From positions 3,005,130 to 3,069,129 of the forward strand of contig MU054391.1 of the NCBI GenBank assembly GCA_013239625.1: 64,000 bases of DNA, given 5' to 3'. Of this stretch, positions 61,614 through 64,000 are shown one piece after another. A model generated the notes under the pieces. That model had not been told where the DNA came from and ran no database searches. It was given only the letters and a program-made list of their open reading frames with translations. The translations under genes and the position numbers were made by a program. The stretch's first letter is position 1. Each line of letters opens with the position of its first letter. This stretch comes from Lama guanicoe (lineage: Eukaryota).

Positions 61614-64000
61614 ACTCCTGGGAAGGGTTAAGCACGCACACTGCTTCTTCCTCAAACCTGGTTACTCTTTGTCTGCTTAGTGTCCTGTGCGTCTTGCCTC
61701 TGACACCCCGGAGCTGCGGCTGTAGCACTCTTCTCTTTACCATTTGAATAGCCCACATTCTCTTCTCTTCCCTAACATCGACACAGTTGCCTATGACCTC
61801 CCAACCGCCGGAAGTCTCCGCCTTTCTGATTTCCGGGGGTGCGGATGCCGAACGCCCTCTCCAAGGCTCCCCGGCCTCCCCTTCCAGAACGCTTCTCGAG
61901 CTCTTGACCAGATCTCAGAGTCCGCCCGCCCCTGCGGTGCTGCGCTGCCAGGCCGTCTGCTGTGGGCCTGCTCCCCGTCCCCGGCACCAGCGCCCCTGGG
62001 GGGACCCAGGGCTAATAAGCTCACCAGCCTCCCCCGAGCACAGTGGCCATGCAATTTAAGCACAGACAGGCCTCATACAGAATAAACGCAGGGCAGCTCT
62101 TGACGGGCTGAAGGAAGTCTTGAATGAATGGGAGTTTTCAGAAAGAAGAGTGAAGCCATCATTCCACAAGGCAGCAGCCAAACATCTCGCTCTGGTCGGG
62201 ATTCACCCACCGGTCAGGAGGCGCTTTGTGACCGCCGTGGGCTCCTCATTCTGCAGGGAGCGCCGCTCACCGCGGGAGCGGACAGGTGCGCTTTCTTCCT
62301 GGGTGGAATTCACATCCTTGTCGCCACATGAAAGATCCTTAAGCCTAAGGAGATTCAAAGTAACGTCTTCACAGTTACAAGGAAGCAGCCCCACTTTGAG
62401 AGCCCGTCTCTAAAACGGCGAAGGATGGTAGCAATTTTACAACACGTGGCACAAGACATGTGTACCCATAACCCCGTTCCTTTTGACACTGGCTTGTGCA
62501 GTTAAAGGAATGAATTGATTTGGGTACTTGAAAATTTGCAAGGACCACGATAGACTAGTAAAAATGAGGAATAACTGGTTGCTGCAATGTCTGCTCATTT
62601 CTAACTCAGAGCAGGAAGTGAACCAGCACATGAGGTCAGCGGTTATGAACTAACGGGCAAACTGAGAGCAATTTCGTTTGTAAACAGGCCACGTGCAGAA
62701 CGTGCAACACCTTCCGTGACTGCAAGCGCCCGGGCTCAGGGCTCGGTTTCCAGGGCAGATAACCCGGGTTTCAGTCCTTGCCCTTTCACTTAATAGCTGT
62801 GTGCCATCGGGCAGTTTATTCCTGCTTTTCGGGTCTTGGTTTACTCCTCTGCGATACACACACCTCACAGGCTGCTGCTAAGGTGTCACGGTGCAGCCGA
62901 CGCCAGCATCCTCTGTGCCATGCGGGCCGGGTGATCTGTGCTCGGTGCTTTTCATCGGCGTCTGACTTCAGGTGGGGGGCATCTGGGAAGAAAAGCATCT
63001 CACTGAAGATGCAAATCAGCTGTTTGGGACTCCCCCCACCTGCTCGCCTTCCTTGCTGTGCCACGTGGTGAATTTCCGCATTAAACATTCGCGGGCCTCC
63101 TTCATCTTCCCAAATCTGCTGGGGAACCCTGGAGGTAGAAGCACAGCCTGTGTCCTCTGAAAGGCCACCCCGAGCTAAGGGACATGCTTGGATGCTGGTG
63201 GCGGGCGATCGAAGGGCGGGCAGTGACAGGATGAGGAATGAGGGGGGCTGGAGAAAAGGCAGGTCAGTTCAAGGGCAGAGCTCGGCTTCCGAGCCCACCC
63301 GCCAGCTGGCGAGCTGCCCGCCTTGGGCTGCCAGACCCCGAATCTGCCTGGCCCTCTCTCGTGCGGGCAGAAGGTGCCTCCCACCGCAGGAGTCTCTGCC
63401 TCTGAGATCACGGCAGGGGAAGCCTAGAGAGCACTCAGGACTCTTTCTGCAGCCCACTCGCCATCTCCACGGTTTCCCCGAAGTGCCAGGTCAGCTGGTC
63501 GTGTCTTCCCAGTGATGACCTCAGCCCCGCAGAAGCCATCAGTCTCTGTCAGAGGGAGAGTTACCCGAATGACACACTGTTGCTGCCTGTTTGAGTTTCC
63601 TTATGCCTTGTCCTAATGGATTCCAGTAGGAAGTGATGGCGGAGGGAAAACGGGGTCCAGGGCCCCGGGGTGGCGGCATGCCCTGTGCTCCCATCCCCCA
63701 AGGAAAGCTCTTGGCAAAGACCGCGCTGAGCCCTGAGTCACACCTGGCGAAGCTCACGGGCAGGGCCGTTGAGTTCCTCAAGGCAGGGAACCATTCGGCC
63801 GCCTTGAGAGGGATGCGTGGGTGAGCTGCGACAGCGTTCGCAAGATAGCGGGGCAGTTAATTTCTGTGTTTTCGGCAAGGAACCCGATTCAGATCAGGGA
63901 AAGGAGCGTGGGGCAGGGCGCCTGGTGTTTGCCCAGATCATCTGTTCTCTGCTGTCCCCTGGTCCGGAGGCTGGCATGTTGAGTCCTTAACAGCCCTGTG

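Overview
Mammalian genomic DNA, almost certainly camelid (alpaca/vicuna/llama/camel): three copies of a tRNA-derived SINE matching the camelid vic-1 family plus cetartiodactyl-type L1 3' ends. I recognise no intact protein-coding gene, RNA gene or CRISPR-like array; the window reads as intergenic or deep-intronic. It is a mosaic of L1, L2, MIR, MaLR LTRs (MLT1), hAT-type DNA transposons (MER3, MER58A, MER5A1, MER91A-like), one ERV-L integrase/dUTPase relic and microsatellites, separated by repeat-poor blocks that look like enhancers. Most ORFs in the track are chance or repeat-derived. The most interesting signals are: (1) patches where old repeats have diverged almost only A/T->G/C, suggesting GC-biased gene conversion; (2) well-bounded + strand exon-like segments at 3.3-6.4 kb that may be a decayed gene or lncRNA; (3) a TSD-flanked mini-insertion made of antisense L1 plus a poly(A)-derived microsatellite with an exact 32-bp higher-order period; (4) perfect palindromic microsatellites; (5) nested opposite-orientation MLT1 LTRs; (6) IRF/NF-kB motif clusters. 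I cannot support a claim of a new biological system. Repeat family names come from recalled consensus sequences and boundaries are approximate unless TSDs are given.
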